Below, piece by piece: positions 45,712 to 58,594 of a stretch of DNA of 60,263 nt. Below the pieces are notes generated by a model. The model was not told the origin of the DNA, made no database searches, and saw only the letters and a program-made list of their open reading frames with translations. The position numbers and the translations under genes are program-made. The stretch comes from an uncultured Bacilli bacterium (GTDB taxonomy: Bacteria; Bacillota_I; Bacilli_A; RF39; UBA660). Position 1 is the stretch's first letter, and each line of letters begins with the position of its first letter. The stretch lies in NCBI GenBank assembly GCA_947628435.1, contig CANQZW010000005.1, positions 1-60,263 on the forward strand. Reading direction: 5' to 3'.

Positions 45712-47505
45712 ATGAATAAAAAAAACATAAGAAACTTTTGCATAATTGCACATATAGATCATGGCAAATCAACGATTGCAGATAGGATATTAGAAAAAAC
45801 AGGTGCCGTAAGTAAAAGAGAGTTAAAAGATCAGCTTTTAGATTCTATGGATTTAGAAAGAGAAAGAGGAATAACTATAAAATTAAATTCTGTTGAGTTA
45901 ACTTATAAAAAAGATGGTAATGATTACTTACTTAATTTAATTGATACTCCAGGACATGTTGATTTTTCGTATGAGGTATCACGTTCTTTAGCAGCTTGTG
46001 AGGGGGCTTTATTAATTGTTGATGCCGCTCAAGGAATAGAGGCTCAAACGCTAGCTAATTTATATTTAGCATTAGAAAATAATTTAACTGTTATTCCGGT
46101 AATTAATAAAATAGACTTACCTAATGCTGATATTGAAAGGGTAAAAGATGAAATAATTAATACTTTTGGTTTTAAGGAAGATGAAATTATTTTAACCAGT
46201 GCTAAAACAGGAATTGGAATAACAGATCTTTTAGATGCAATAGTAGATAAAATTCCTTCTCCAAAAGGTCTTGACTCATCTAAAACACAAGCATTAATTT
46301 TTGATAGTGTATATGAATCTTATCGTGGCGCTATTATATGGATTAGGGTAGTTAATGGTAAAATAAGCGTTGGGGATAAAATAAAAATGGTAAGTAATGG
46401 TTCGGTATATGAGGTAGTTGAGCTAGGTAAGCATAATCCAAGGGAAATTAAAGTTAATACCTTATCAGCAGGTGAGGTGGGGTATTTATGTGCATCTATT
46501 AAAAGTGTAAGTGATGTTATGGTTGGAGATACGATTACTACCTTAAAAGATAATGCAAATATGCTTCCTGGTTATAAGCATATTAAGTCAATGGTTTTCT
46601 GCGGTCTTTATCCAATTGAGTCTAATAAATATAATGATCTTAAAGATGCTTTAGAAAAATTAAAATTAAATGATGCTTCTTTATTTTTTGAACCTGAGGT
46701 ATCAACCGCTTTAGGTTTTGGTTTTAGATGTGGTTTTCTTGGAATGCTTCACATGGATGTTATACAACAAAGAATAGAAAGAGAGTTTAAAATTGAAATA
46801 ATTGCAACATCACCTTCGGTTGTTTATGAAGTAATTAAAACTAATAATGAAAAAGTAATGGTTGATAATCCAAATAAGATGCCTGATAGAACCGTTATAA
46901 AAGAGATAAAAGAACCTTATATAAAAACTAATATATTTGTACCAAGCTCATTTATTGGACCTGTTATGGAATTATGCCAAAATAAAAGGGGTAATTATAT
47001 AAGTATGGATTATATTAATACTACAAGGGTTAATTTGCATTATGAAATACCATTATCAGAAGTAGTTTATGATTTTTTTGACAAATTAAAATCTTATACT
47101 AAAGGTTATGCATCGTTTGATTATGAAATTATTGGTTATAAAGCAAGCAACTTAGTTAAAATGGATATATTAATAAATAATGAGGCAGTAGATGCACTAT
47201 CGATAATAACGCATAAAGATTTTGCTTACAAAAGAGGTAAAGCTATAACTGAAAACCTAAGAAAGCTTATTCCAAGGCAACTTTTTGAGGTTCCTATACA
47301 AGCGGTAATAGGTGGTAAAGTAATTGCAAGATGTGATATAAAAGCTATGAGAAAAAATGTTTTAGCTAAATGTTATGGAGGAGACATCTCAAGAAAAAGA
47401 AAGCTTTTAGAAAAGCAAAAAGAAGGTAAAAAAAGGATGAAAATGGTAGGTAGTGTAGAAATACCTCAAGAAGCGTTTTTATCAGTTTTAAAAGTAGATG
47501 AATAG
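45712..47505 (+). CDS. lepA: translation elongation factor 4 (LepA)
   Basis: [28 protein letters not shown], LepA-specific C-terminal domain. Confidence 0.95.
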   Translation: MNKKNIRNFCIIAHIDHGKSTIADRILEKTGAVSKRELKDQLLDSMDLERERGITIKLNSVELTYKKDGNDYLLNLIDTPGHVDFSYEVSRSLAACEGALLIVDAAQGIEAQTLANLYLALENNLTVIPVINKIDLPNADIERVKDEIINTFGFKEDEIILTSAKTGIGITDLLDAIVDKIPSPKGLDSSKTQALIFDSVYESYRGAIIWIRVVNGKISVGDKIKMVSNGSVYEVVELGKHNPREIKVNTLSAGEVGYLCASIKSVSDVMVGDTITTLKDNANMLPGYKHIKSMVFCGLYPIESNKYNDLKDALEKLKLNDASLFFEPEVSTALGFGFRCGFLGMLHMDVIQQRIEREFKIEIIATSPSVVYEVIKTNNEKVMVDNPNKMPDRTVIKEIKEPYIKTNIFVPSSFIGPVMELCQNKRGNYISMDYINTTRVNLHYEIPLSEVVYDFFDKLKSYTKGYASFDYEIIGYKASNLVKMDILINNEAVDALSIITHKDFAYKRGKAITENLRKLIPRQLFEVPIQAVIGGKVIARCDIKAMRKNVLAKCYGGDISRKRKLLEKQKEGKKRMKMVGSVEIPQEAFLSVLKVDE

Positions 47506-47514
47506 GAGTATATT

Positions 47515-47835
47515 ATGTTAAATGAAAAGCAAATTATTATAATGAAGGAAAAAACTAAAATATGTGTTAATGCTTTATTAGGAGAAAAACTAAATCAAAG
47601 GCAAATAGAAGAAAAGTATAAAATACCATCTTCCACCGTTGGAAGATTACTTAATAATGAAGAATTATTAAAAGAAATTTATGGCCTTGATGCCGAGTTT
47701 GTAATTAATGAGATAAAAGAATACCAACAAAAAAACAAAGCAAAAGGACATTCTATGGGTGGAATTATATCCCAAGAAAATAATGGATACATAAAAGGTG
47801 AAAATGGAAAATTTAATGGAAATGGAAGAAAATAA
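47515..47835 (+). CDS. small HTH protein, SpoIIID-like architecture
   Basis: ..LNQRQIEEKYKIPSSTVGRLL.. HTH, followed by ..EIKEYQQKNKAKGHSMGG.. (compare SpoIIID ..VSKSTVHKDL..EILDYHKSIRHLRGG..). Confidence 0.35.
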   Translation: MLNEKQIIIMKEKTKICVNALLGEKLNQRQIEEKYKIPSSTVGRLLNNEELLKEIYGLDAEFVINEIKEYQQKNKAKGHSMGGIISQENNGYIKGENGKFNGNGRK

Positions 47836-48934
47836 ATTACGATCAGCGTATATTCATATACCGTTTTGTAAAAATATATGTAATTATTGTGATTTTTGCA
47901 AAAACTATTATAATGAAAATGTAGTTTTATCATACCTTGAGGCTTTAAAAAAAGAAATTAAAGATAATTATCATAATGAGTTATTAAACACTTTATACAT
48001 TGGTGGGGGAACACCTAGTTGTTTAAATTATAATGAGTTAGATAAGTTATTTGAAATAACTAAACTCTTTAATTTAAGTGATGATTGTGAATTTACTTTT
48101 GAGTGTAATTATGAAGATATAAATGAGATAATGCTTAGTAAGTTAAAGCAAAATAAGGTAAATAGAATAAGTATAGGAATTCAAACGTTTAACCAAAAAT
48201 TTAAACAAATATTAGGTAGATGCATTAATAAAAATAATATGATTTCTAAAATAAATTTAGCTAAAAAATATTTTGATAATATTAATTTAGATCTTATGTA
48301 TGCACTTCCTGGTGAAAACTTAGAAGAATTAAAAAGTGATATTTTAGATATTATTAATATGAAGGTAACACATATTAGCACGTACGCGTTAATGGTTGAA
48401 AATAACACAAAACTAGGTATTAAAAAAATTAAAGAAACTAATGATGAATTACAAAGAAAAATGTATGATATGATTATTGATATGTTATCTAAAAATGGTT
48501 ATTACCATTATGAAATAAGTAATTTTTCAATATTGGGTTATGAGTCAAAACATAATCTTACGTACTGGAATAACCAAAAGTATTATGGTTTTGGAGCAGG
48601 GGCATCTGGTTTTGTTTTTAATATTAGGTATGATAATACTAAAAGTATTTTAAGGTATATAAAAGGAATAAGAAAAATTAATGAAGATGTTATTAATAAA
48701 GCTCAAATGATAAAAGATGAAATAATGCTTGGTTTAAGAAAAATAAAAGGTATTAATAAAAAAGAGTTTAAATGTAAATTTAATATAGATTTTAAAGATG
48801 CTTTTAATGTGGATGATATTATTAAAAACAAATTATTATGTGAAGATGACTCATACATTTACATACCTTCTAAGTACTTATTTGTATCAAATGAAATAAT
48901 TCTTAGAATCCTAAGTAACTCTAACTTGAACTAA
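47804..48934 (+). CDS. hemW: radical SAM heme chaperone HemW (HemN-like)
   Basis: AYIHIPFCKNICNYCDF CxxxCxxC motif, GGGTPS. Start uncertain (ATG at 47804, 47816 or 47822); overlaps the upstream ORF. Confidence 0.85.
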   Translation: MENLMEMEENKLRSAYIHIPFCKNICNYCDFCKNYYNENVVLSYLEALKKEIKDNYHNELLNTLYIGGGTPSCLNYNELDKLFEITKLFNLSDDCEFTFECNYEDINEIMLSKLKQNKVNRISIGIQTFNQKFKQILGRCINKNNMISKINLAKKYFDNINLDLMYALPGENLEELKSDILDIINMKVTHISTYALMVENNTKLGIKKIKETNDELQRKMYDMIIDMLSKNGYYHYEISNFSILGYESKHNLTYWNNQKYYGFGAGASGFVFNIRYDNTKSILRYIKGIRKINEDVINKAQMIKDEIMLGLRKIKGINKKEFKCKFNIDFKDAFNVDDIIKNKLLCEDDSYIYIPSKYLFVSNEIILRILSNSNLN

Positions 48935-48978
48935 ATTATAAAATAGGTTATAATGTTATTATAATATGGAGGTAGGTT

Positions 48979-49320
48979 ATGGATACTAATAGCAAAGATG
49001 AAATGATAGAAGAATTAGAAGAAATTGTAGATGAATCAACCGTTGATGAATCTAATAAAACTAATGAAGAAAATGATAAAACAGCAGTTATTGAAGATAT
49101 TGTAGAAGAACCTTTAAATAGACAAGAAAGTAATGATGATTCTAATAAAATAAGTGATGATAAAGAAAAGCAATATGAAATGGTTGATCAAAGTCTTAAC
49201 CAAAAGAAGAAAAGTAAAGCGCCAATAATAGTTTTATTATCAATATTTTTAATTATTGATATAGCAGCGTTAGTTATATATATTATAGGAGTAGATAAAG
49301 TAATAGAATTTATAAAGTAA
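48979..49320 (+). CDS. hypothetical protein, acidic N-terminus plus C-terminal TM helix
   Basis: 113-aa ORF with SD GGAGGTAGG; followed by hairpin AGCACCA-GTT-TGGTGTT plus a T-run. Confidence 0.5.
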   Translation: MDTNSKDEMIEELEEIVDESTVDESNKTNEENDKTAVIEDIVEEPLNRQESNDDSNKISDDKEKQYEMVDQSLNQKKKSKAPIIVLLSIFLIIDIAALVIYIIGVDKVIEFIK

Positions 49321-49367
49321 AGCACCAGTTTGGTGTTTTTATTTTCTTATATATATTTAATTATTTT

Positions 49368-49394
49368 TTAGCACTCATGTATTGACATTGCTAA
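49368..49394 (+). promoter_or_regulatory. CIRCE operator (HrcA binding site), right arm degenerate
   Basis: TTAGCACTC-N9-CATTGCTAA versus consensus TTAGCACTC-N9-GAGTGCTAA. Confidence 0.7.
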
Positions 49395-49410
49395 AATTAC
49401 ATATTATAAT
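49382..49410 (+). promoter_or_regulatory. consensus sigma-A promoter of the hrcA-grpE-dnaK operon
   Basis: TTGACA (49382-87), 17-nt spacer, TATAAT (49405-10); the -35 lies inside the CIRCE spacer and right arm. Confidence 0.75.
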
Positions 49411-49442
49411 ATTGCTAGACTACTAAAAAAGAAGGTGATTTT

Positions 49443-50432
49443 TTGCTTAATGATAGAAGACGGATGCTATTAAAATTAATAGTAGAAGAGTATATTAAAA
49501 ATGCTAATCCAGTTGGTTCTTCTGGTTTATCTAGTAAACTTAATTGTTCATCTGCAACGATAAGAAATGAGATGGCTTACTTAGAAGAAAACGGATACAT
49601 TGAAAAAACTCATACTTCTTCAGGAAGGATTCCAAGTGAGCTAGGATATAGGTATTATGTTGATAATTTAATGGAATCTAAAAAAATGACGAAAGAAGAC
49701 GTATTAAAGCTTCAACGTATATTTGATAATAAGAGTCTTGTGTTATCAGACGTAATAACAAGAAGTATGGAAATTATTTCAGAAATGATTAATTGTACTT
49801 CACTTGTTTTAGGAGCGGATAGTTCTTATAATAAATTAAAACAAGTTGAAGCAGTTCCTTTTGAAAATAATAAGGTACTTGCAATTGTTATTACTGATAA
49901 AGGTCATGTTGAGCATAAAGAACTTAACGTTGGTGATAATGTTTTGCCTTCTGATGTAAAAAAAGTAGTTGAGTTAATTAATAAGCTTCTTGTTGGTACT
50001 CCTTTAAATGAGGTTAGCAGTAAGTTAGAGTTTGAGATTAAACCAATAATTGGTAATTATGTTAAATCTCATGAAACGTTATATCAAGCCTTTTATAATG
50101 CTTTTAATGAATTCTCATTTAAGAACCATATGCATATGGCCGGAAGAACTAAATTACTTGATTATAGAGAATTTGATAGTGTTGATAAGGTAAAAAACAT
50201 TCTTAATAAATTTGATGATGATAAGATGGTTAAAAAAATAGAGGCAGAAGATAATGATATAAATGTTTATATTGGTCATGAAAATAATTTTGATGATGAC
50301 GTATCAGTTATTAAAACGAAATACAATATAAATGGTGAGGTTGGTACGATTGCAATTGTAGGGCCAAAAAGAATGGATTATGAAAAAGCTGTTACATTAC
50401 TTGATTTTATTAAGAAAAACATAGAAAGGTAA
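49443..50432 (+). CDS. hrcA: heat-inducible transcription repressor HrcA
   Basis: TTG start 7 nt after GAAGGTGA. ..PVGSSGLSSKLNCSSATIRNEMAYLEENGYIEKTHTSSGRIPSELGYRYYVDNL is colinear with B. subtilis HrcA. Confidence 0.92.
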   Translation: MLNDRRRMLLKLIVEEYIKNANPVGSSGLSSKLNCSSATIRNEMAYLEENGYIEKTHTSSGRIPSELGYRYYVDNLMESKKMTKEDVLKLQRIFDNKSLVLSDVITRSMEIISEMINCTSLVLGADSSYNKLKQVEAVPFENNKVLAIVITDKGHVEHKELNVGDNVLPSDVKKVVELINKLLVGTPLNEVSSKLEFEIKPIIGNYVKSHETLYQAFYNAFNEFSFKNHMHMAGRTKLLDYREFDSVDKVKNILNKFDDDKMVKKIEAEDNDINVYIGHENNFDDDVSVIKTKYNINGEVGTIAIVGPKRMDYEKAVTLLDFIKKNIER

Positions 50433-50435
50433 AAT

Positions 50436-52830
<2,395 letters not shown>

Positions 52831-52884
52831 AAGTAGTAAAGTTCTAGTTTGACTAGAACTTTATGCTTAATTAAAGGAGAATAA

Positions 52885-54687
52885 ATGGATAATAAGATAA
52901 AACTAAGAGAAGAAATAGATGATAAGTATAAATGGGATTTAACAACTATTTATGAAAATGATAAAAAATGGGAAGAGGATTTTAAAAAAGCAGAAAAGTT
53001 ATTAGAAAAAATTCCTGCTTACAAAGATATTTTTATAAAAAGTTCTGATAATTTACTTGATTTTTTATCTTTTGACGAAAGCTTAGATAGATTAATAAAT
53101 AAGTTATATTATTATGCTCATTTAAATTATGATTCAAATACTTTAAGTGATAATTATAAAAGAATGAAAGATAAAATAACTAATTTATTTAGTAAGTACG
53201 CTGAGTATACATCTTTTGTTACTCCATCAATATTAAAGTTAGATAATAATACTTTAGAAAAATATTATAAAGATAATCCTTTACTACTTGAGTATAGATT
53301 TATGTTTGATGATGTTATGAGGTATAAGCCTCATACTCTAAGTGAAGAAAAAGAAAATATGATAGCAATATTTTCTAAAGCATTAGATAGTTGTTCTAAA
53401 ACTTATAGTACGTTAATTTATTCGGATATCAAGTTTGAAAATATAAAAGATGAAGATGATAATGAAATAGAATTTAATGATAACGTATATAGTACCTTAA
53501 TAAAATCTAAAAACAGAAGGGTAAGACGTGATGCTTTTATGACCTTATTTAATGGTTATAAAAATTATAAAAATATTATAACGGATTTATTTAATGGTAA
53601 TAAAGAGGCAGAAATAGCTTTAGCTAAAATTAGAAATTATAAAAATGCTGTTATGGCATCACTATTTAATGAAAATATAAATATTGAGGTTTATAACAAC
53701 TTAGTAAAATGTATAAATGATAATATGGGTGTTATCTACAAATATTATGATTTAAAAAAAGAATTACTTGGATTAGATGAATTACATATTTATGATACGT
53801 ATGTAGAATTAATAAAAGATTTTGGTAAAAAATATTCATTTGAAGAAGCTAAAGATTTAGCGTTAAAATCATTAAGCGTTTTGGGTGATGATTATATAAA
53901 AACCATTAAAAGAGCCTTTGATGAAAGATGGATAGATGTATATTATAATAAAGGAAAATGTACTGGTGCTTATTCTTCTGGATTTTATGATACAAACCCG
54001 TTTGTACTTTTAAATTATAAAGGAACGATAGATGATGTTTCAACATTAGTTCATGAGCTTGGACACTCTATGCATACTTATTATTCATGTAAAAATAATA
54101 AATACGTATATTCTCATTATGAAATATTTGTAGCAGAAGTTGCATCTACGGTAAATGAGTTGTTGCTAGCAAATTACATGTTAAAAAATTCTAAAAACAA
54201 AAATGAAAAATTATCAATTTTAAATCATATAATTGATATGTTTAAAGCAACCCTTTATAGACAAACAATGTTTGCGGAATTTGAATATCAAATGTATGAA
54301 AAAAAGCAAAATAATGAGAGTTTAACTTGTGATTATATATCAGATTGTTATTTTGAAATTTTAAAGAAATATTTTGGTAGTAACGTTATTTTAGATGATT
54401 TAATAAAATATGAATGGATGAGAATCCCACATTTTTATTATAATTTTTATGTATATAAGTATGCAACTGGACTTTCTGCAGCATGTTTTATTGTTGATGG
54501 GATTTTAAATAATAAAGAAAACGCAAAAGAAAATTATTTATCATTTTTAAAAACCGGAGGTAGTATGTACCCTCTTGATGCACTTAAAGTAGCAGGAGTT
54601 GATATGACAGATGAAAATGTTATAAAAAGTGCAATTAAAATGTTTGATAAATATATAGATGAATTTAAAAAAGAATACAATAGTTAG
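52885..54687 (+). CDS. pepF: oligoendopeptidase F (M3B)
   Basis: HELGHSMH zinc motif, ~600 aa, M3B-like N-terminal region (KWDL..IY). Confidence 0.85.
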   Translation: MDNKIKLREEIDDKYKWDLTTIYENDKKWEEDFKKAEKLLEKIPAYKDIFIKSSDNLLDFLSFDESLDRLINKLYYYAHLNYDSNTLSDNYKRMKDKITNLFSKYAEYTSFVTPSILKLDNNTLEKYYKDNPLLLEYRFMFDDVMRYKPHTLSEEKENMIAIFSKALDSCSKTYSTLIYSDIKFENIKDEDDNEIEFNDNVYSTLIKSKNRRVRRDAFMTLFNGYKNYKNIITDLFNGNKEAEIALAKIRNYKNAVMASLFNENINIEVYNNLVKCINDNMGVIYKYYDLKKELLGLDELHIYDTYVELIKDFGKKYSFEEAKDLALKSLSVLGDDYIKTIKRAFDERWIDVYYNKGKCTGAYSSGFYDTNPFVLLNYKGTIDDVSTLVHELGHSMHTYYSCKNNKYVYSHYEIFVAEVASTVNELLLANYMLKNSKNKNEKLSILNHIIDMFKATLYRQTMFAEFEYQMYEKKQNNESLTCDYISDCYFEILKKYFGSNVILDDLIKYEWMRIPHFYYNFYVYKYATGLSAACFIVDGILNNKENAKENYLSFLKTGGSMYPLDALKVAGVDMTDENVIKSAIKMFDKYIDEFKKEYNS

Positions 54688-54701
54688 GAGGTATAAGCAT
54701 T

Positions 54702-55832
54702 ATGAAGAAAGACTATTATGAGGTACTTGGTGTTTCTAAGAATGCTACTGATGCCGAAATTAAAAGTGCTTTTAGAAAATTAGCTAAAAAATATCATCCA
54801 GATGTTTCAAAAGAAAAAGATGCCGCAGAAAAATTTAAAGAAGCACAAGAAGCATATGCCGTTTTATCTGATAAAGAAAAAAGAAGTAAATATGATCAAT
54901 TTGGTCATGCAGCATTTGATCAAAACGGAGGCTTCGGTGGAGGTTTTTCTGGATTTGAAGATTTTGATGCCTCAGACATATTAAGAGATATATTTGGCTC
55001 TGGCTTTGGTTTTTCATCTTCATCTTCATTCTTTGGAGGTAATGGGGGAAGAAAAAGCAAAAGACCAACTAAAGGCCCTGATATAAGTGTGATTTTTGAA
55101 ATGAGTTTCGAAGAGGCTGCGTTTGGAACTGAGACAACTGTATCTTTAAACATTGAGGATAAATGTCCTTCTTGTGATGGACATGGTGGTACTGGTATTA
55201 AAACTTGTAGTGAATGTAATGGTACTGGTTATGTAAAAGAACAACAAAGAAGTATTTTAGGAGCTTTTATAACTCAAAGACCTTGTCACGTATGTGAAGG
55301 AACGGGTGAGGTTTATACTAATAAGTGTTCGGTATGTAAAGGTACTGGTAAAAAGAAAGTTAAGAAAAACATAATAGTTAAGGTTCCAGCAGGCGTTGAT
55401 ACAGGGGATCATCTAAGAGTATCTGGTAAAGGTCCAGCAGGAGAAAACGGAGGTCCTAATGGTGATGTTTACATTGAAATAAGAGTAAAAGATCATCAGT
55501 TATTTCAAAGAGATGGTAGTGATTTATATATAAATGTTCCACTTACTGTTTGTGAAGCTACTTTAGGGTGCAAAAAAGAAGTACCAACCCTTGATGGTAA
55601 CGTTATTATAAATATTTCACCAGGAAGTCAATCAGGTCAAAAACAAAGAATCAAAGGAAAGGGTCTTAAAAGTCCATCAAGACATACAGTTGGTGATTTA
55701 TACGTGATTTTAAACGTTATTGTTCCTACCAAAATAGATAGAAAGCAAAAAAAGTTATTTGAAGATTTAAATAAAACTAACTTAAAAACCTCTGATTTTG
55801 ATGCATATGATAAATTTGTTAAAAAAAATTAG
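54702..55832 (+). CDS. dnaJ: molecular chaperone DnaJ
   Basis: J domain (KKYHPD), G/F-rich region, four CxxCxGxG zinc-finger repeats. Confidence 0.97.
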   Translation: MKKDYYEVLGVSKNATDAEIKSAFRKLAKKYHPDVSKEKDAAEKFKEAQEAYAVLSDKEKRSKYDQFGHAAFDQNGGFGGGFSGFEDFDASDILRDIFGSGFGFSSSSSFFGGNGGRKSKRPTKGPDISVIFEMSFEEAAFGTETTVSLNIEDKCPSCDGHGGTGIKTCSECNGTGYVKEQQRSILGAFITQRPCHVCEGTGEVYTNKCSVCKGTGKKKVKKNIIVKVPAGVDTGDHLRVSGKGPAGENGGPNGDVYIEIRVKDHQLFQRDGSDLYINVPLTVCEATLGCKKEVPTLDGNVIINISPGSQSGQKQRIKGKGLKSPSRHTVGDLYVILNVIVPTKIDRKQKKLFEDLNKTNLKTSDFDAYDKFVKKN

Positions 55833-55930
55833 AAAAATAGATTAAAGAAATAGCTATACAGTTATTTCTTTTTACTATTTTTAAAACTACATGGTATAAT
55901 AATAAAGTATAGTAGAAAGTAGGTTAAAGT

Positions 55931-58240
55931 ATGAAACAAGTTAGTGGTTTAACTAAACAAGAGGTAAAGCAAAGAATAAAAAAAGGTCTTGTTAACTATG
56001 ATACAACTACACCAAGTAAAAGCATTAAACAAATTTTAATTGAAAATACGTTTACTTTGTTTAACTTTATTAATATCGTTTTAGGTATCGCAATTATTAT
56101 TGTTGGTTCTTATAAAAATTTATTATTTTTAGGGGTAGTTATATGTAATACTTTAATAAGCACCATACAACAGGTGCGTGCTAAAAATATGGTAGATAAA
56201 TTATCTGTCATATCATCTAGTAAAGCTAAAGTAATAAGAGACTCTAAAAAAGAAGAAATACATATAAATGAGGTTGTTTTAGATGATGTTATATTATATG
56301 ATCTTGGAGATCAGGTTTTAGCAGATTCTAAGATTTTAAATGGTAGTTGTGAGGTTAATGAGTCTTTTATTACTGGTGAAGCAAAAACTATTTATAAAAA
56401 AGAAGGCGATACACTACTTTCTGGTAGCTTTATAGTAAGTGGTAGTGTAATATCTAAAGTTATTCATGTAGGTATTGATAATTATACATCTGTAATATCT
56501 CGGGATGCAAAGGTAATGAGTAAAGATGTTAATTCCCAAATAATGAAATCTTTAAATAAAATTGTAAAATACGTATCAATTGCTCTTATACCAATAGGAA
56601 TTTTACTTTTATTAAATCAGTTTTCTATTGATAATAATACGACGCAAAGTGCAATTGTATCTGTTGTGGCAGCTTTAATTGGAATGATTCCAGAAGGACT
56701 TATTTTACTTGTTTCGACAGTTCTCTCAATAAGCGTATTAAGGTTATCTAAATATAATGTATTAGTTCAAGATTTGTATTCATTAGAAACGTTAGCAAGG
56801 GTTGATACGTTATGTTTAGATAAAACTGGAACTATAACTGAGGGAAAAATGGAGGTTTATGATGTAGTTGCAATTAACAATTGCAACATGAAAGATATAG
56901 ATTATGCTATGGAGATAATATCAAGTAACTTAAATGATAAGAATCCAACGTTTTTAGCAATAAATGAAAAATATGGTAATGATTGTGAAATAAAAGCTAA
57001 AAAAGTAATTAATTTTTCTTCTGAAAGAAAGTATTCTGGTGTAAAAACTAAAGATTGCACATATTTAATGGGGGCACCAGAATTTATATTAGATGATGAA
57101 ATAAAACCTTTAAAGAAAAAAATAGATGAATTATCGGAAGAAAATAGAGTTTTAGTTTTAGTTAAACAAGAAAATGAAAAAAAACTTGCCATGGCATTTA
57201 TCTTGATAAGAGATAAATTAAGAAAAGAAGTAATTGATACGATAGAGTTTTTTAAAAATAACAACGTAGAATTAAAGGTTATATCAGGTGATAACCCTAA
57301 AACTGTTTCTTCAATTGCAAAGAAAGTAGGTATAGAAGTTAAGTCAGTATTTGATGCTAGTTTAATAAATAATGATACTGATATTAATGAAATAGTTGAA
57401 GAAAATACTATTTTTGGAAGGGTAAAACCTGATCAAAAAAGATTATTAATAAGAGCTCTTAAAAATAATGGACATACTGTTGCAATGACTGGTGATGGAG
57501 TAAATGATGTTTTGGCACTTAAAGAAGCTGATTGTGGTGTTGCAATAAGTGATGGGTCTGATGCTGCAAGAAACATATCAAAATTGGTACTTTTAGATTC
57601 TAATTTTAACGCTATGAAAGAAGTTGTAAAAGAAGGAAGAAGAACAATAAATAACGTTGAAAGATCTGCTACTTTATTTTTATCAAAAACTATATATGCA
57701 TCTTTATTGGCTATATTATTCATAATTATTAATTATAAATATCCTTTTCAACCAATACAAATGACTTTAATAAACGCACTTACAATTGGTGGACCTGCGT
57801 TTGTGCTTGCTTTAGAACCAAATCATGACATAGTTAAAGGAAAATTTTTAATAAATGTTATTAGTAAATCAATTCCAAGTGGTGTTGTAACGGTAATAAA
57901 TATTTTAATTTTGGTAATTTTATCTGATTTATTTAAAATACCAAGTGCTCAAACATCTACTTTAGCAGTTATTATAACAGCTTATACCGCACTTTTATTA
58001 ATATATAAAATAAGTAAACCTCTTAATTTTTTACGTAAAATATTATTTTTAACTATAATAACTATATTCGTAATTACCTTATTAACTCCTAGTGGTATTG
58101 CAATATTTTCTTTAGAATTATTAAGACCTAATTCGATTTTAATTTTAATACTATTAATTTATATAGCAACAAAATTATTTATGACAATAAGTAGATTATT
58201 AAATATTATTATTGAAAGAAAAAGTAATTGGTTTATATAA
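55931..58240 (+). CDS. cation-translocating P-type ATPase
   Basis: ITGEA, DKTGTIT phosphorylation site, TGDGVNDVLALKEADCGVAI hinge, about 8-10 TM helices. Confidence 0.85.
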   Translation: MKQVSGLTKQEVKQRIKKGLVNYDTTTPSKSIKQILIENTFTLFNFINIVLGIAIIIVGSYKNLLFLGVVICNTLISTIQQVRAKNMVDKLSVISSSKAKVIRDSKKEEIHINEVVLDDVILYDLGDQVLADSKILNGSCEVNESFITGEAKTIYKKEGDTLLSGSFIVSGSVISKVIHVGIDNYTSVISRDAKVMSKDVNSQIMKSLNKIVKYVSIALIPIGILLLLNQFSIDNNTTQSAIVSVVAALIGMIPEGLILLVSTVLSISVLRLSKYNVLVQDLYSLETLARVDTLCLDKTGTITEGKMEVYDVVAINNCNMKDIDYAMEIISSNLNDKNPTFLAINEKYGNDCEIKAKKVINFSSERKYSGVKTKDCTYLMGAPEFILDDEIKPLKKKIDELSEENRVLVLVKQENEKKLAMAFILIRDKLRKEVIDTIEFFKNNNVELKVISGDNPKTVSSIAKKVGIEVKSVFDASLINNDTDINEIVEENTIFGRVKPDQKRLLIRALKNNGHTVAMTGDGVNDVLALKEADCGVAISDGSDAARNISKLVLLDSNFNAMKEVVKEGRRTINNVERSATLFLSKTIYASLLAILFIIINYKYPFQPIQMTLINALTIGGPAFVLALEPNHDIVKGKFLINVISKSIPSGVVTVINILILVILSDLFKIPSAQTSTLAVIITAYTALLLIYKISKPLNFLRKILFLTIITIFVITLLTPSGIAIFSLELLRPNSILILILLIYIATKLFMTISRLLNIIIERKSNWFI

Positions 58241-58299
58241 TAATTATTAAGTTAACTTAATTTTTGTTGTTTTGTTAAAATTATTATGTTATAATTTAT

Positions 58300-58527
58300 T
58301 TGTTTTAAAGGCGTTTAAGAAAAAGAGTATGGGTAAAACTATTAAAGAGAGTATGGTAAGGTGAAAGCATACATAGATAATAACCATATAAATGGTTTTC
58401 TAAAGCTGTTTAATCTAATAGGTTAAAACGTTAACTTGCGTTAAGAGTTTAAGAGCTAGATTGGTAATCTAGAACAAAGGTGGTACCGCGGTTATGAATC
58501 GTCCTTTATTTAAGGATGATTTTTTTA
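58300..58527 (+). promoter_or_regulatory. T-box riboswitch, Met specifier
   Basis: AGAGAGTATGGTAAGGTGAAAGC stem I elements. AUG specifier at 58392-94. Canonical T-box AACAAAGGTGGTACCGCGG (58474-92). Terminator AATCGTCCTT-TATTT-AAGGATGATT plus T7. Upstream extended -10 TGTTATAAT (58287-95). Confidence 0.85.
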
Positions 58528-58594
58528 ATGATTATAAAAAATAAAGAATTATGTTTTAAAAGTAAAACAAAATAGTAAAAGGAGAGTGTTAATA

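Noticed and set aside
54802-55153. Three overlapping alternative-frame ORFs inside dnaJ (54802-54984 on the plus strand; 54835-55068 and 54920-55153 on the minus strand)
   Set aside because: They fall in the repetitive G/F-rich coding region of dnaJ, where stop codons are rare in all frames; dnaJ itself is unambiguous.
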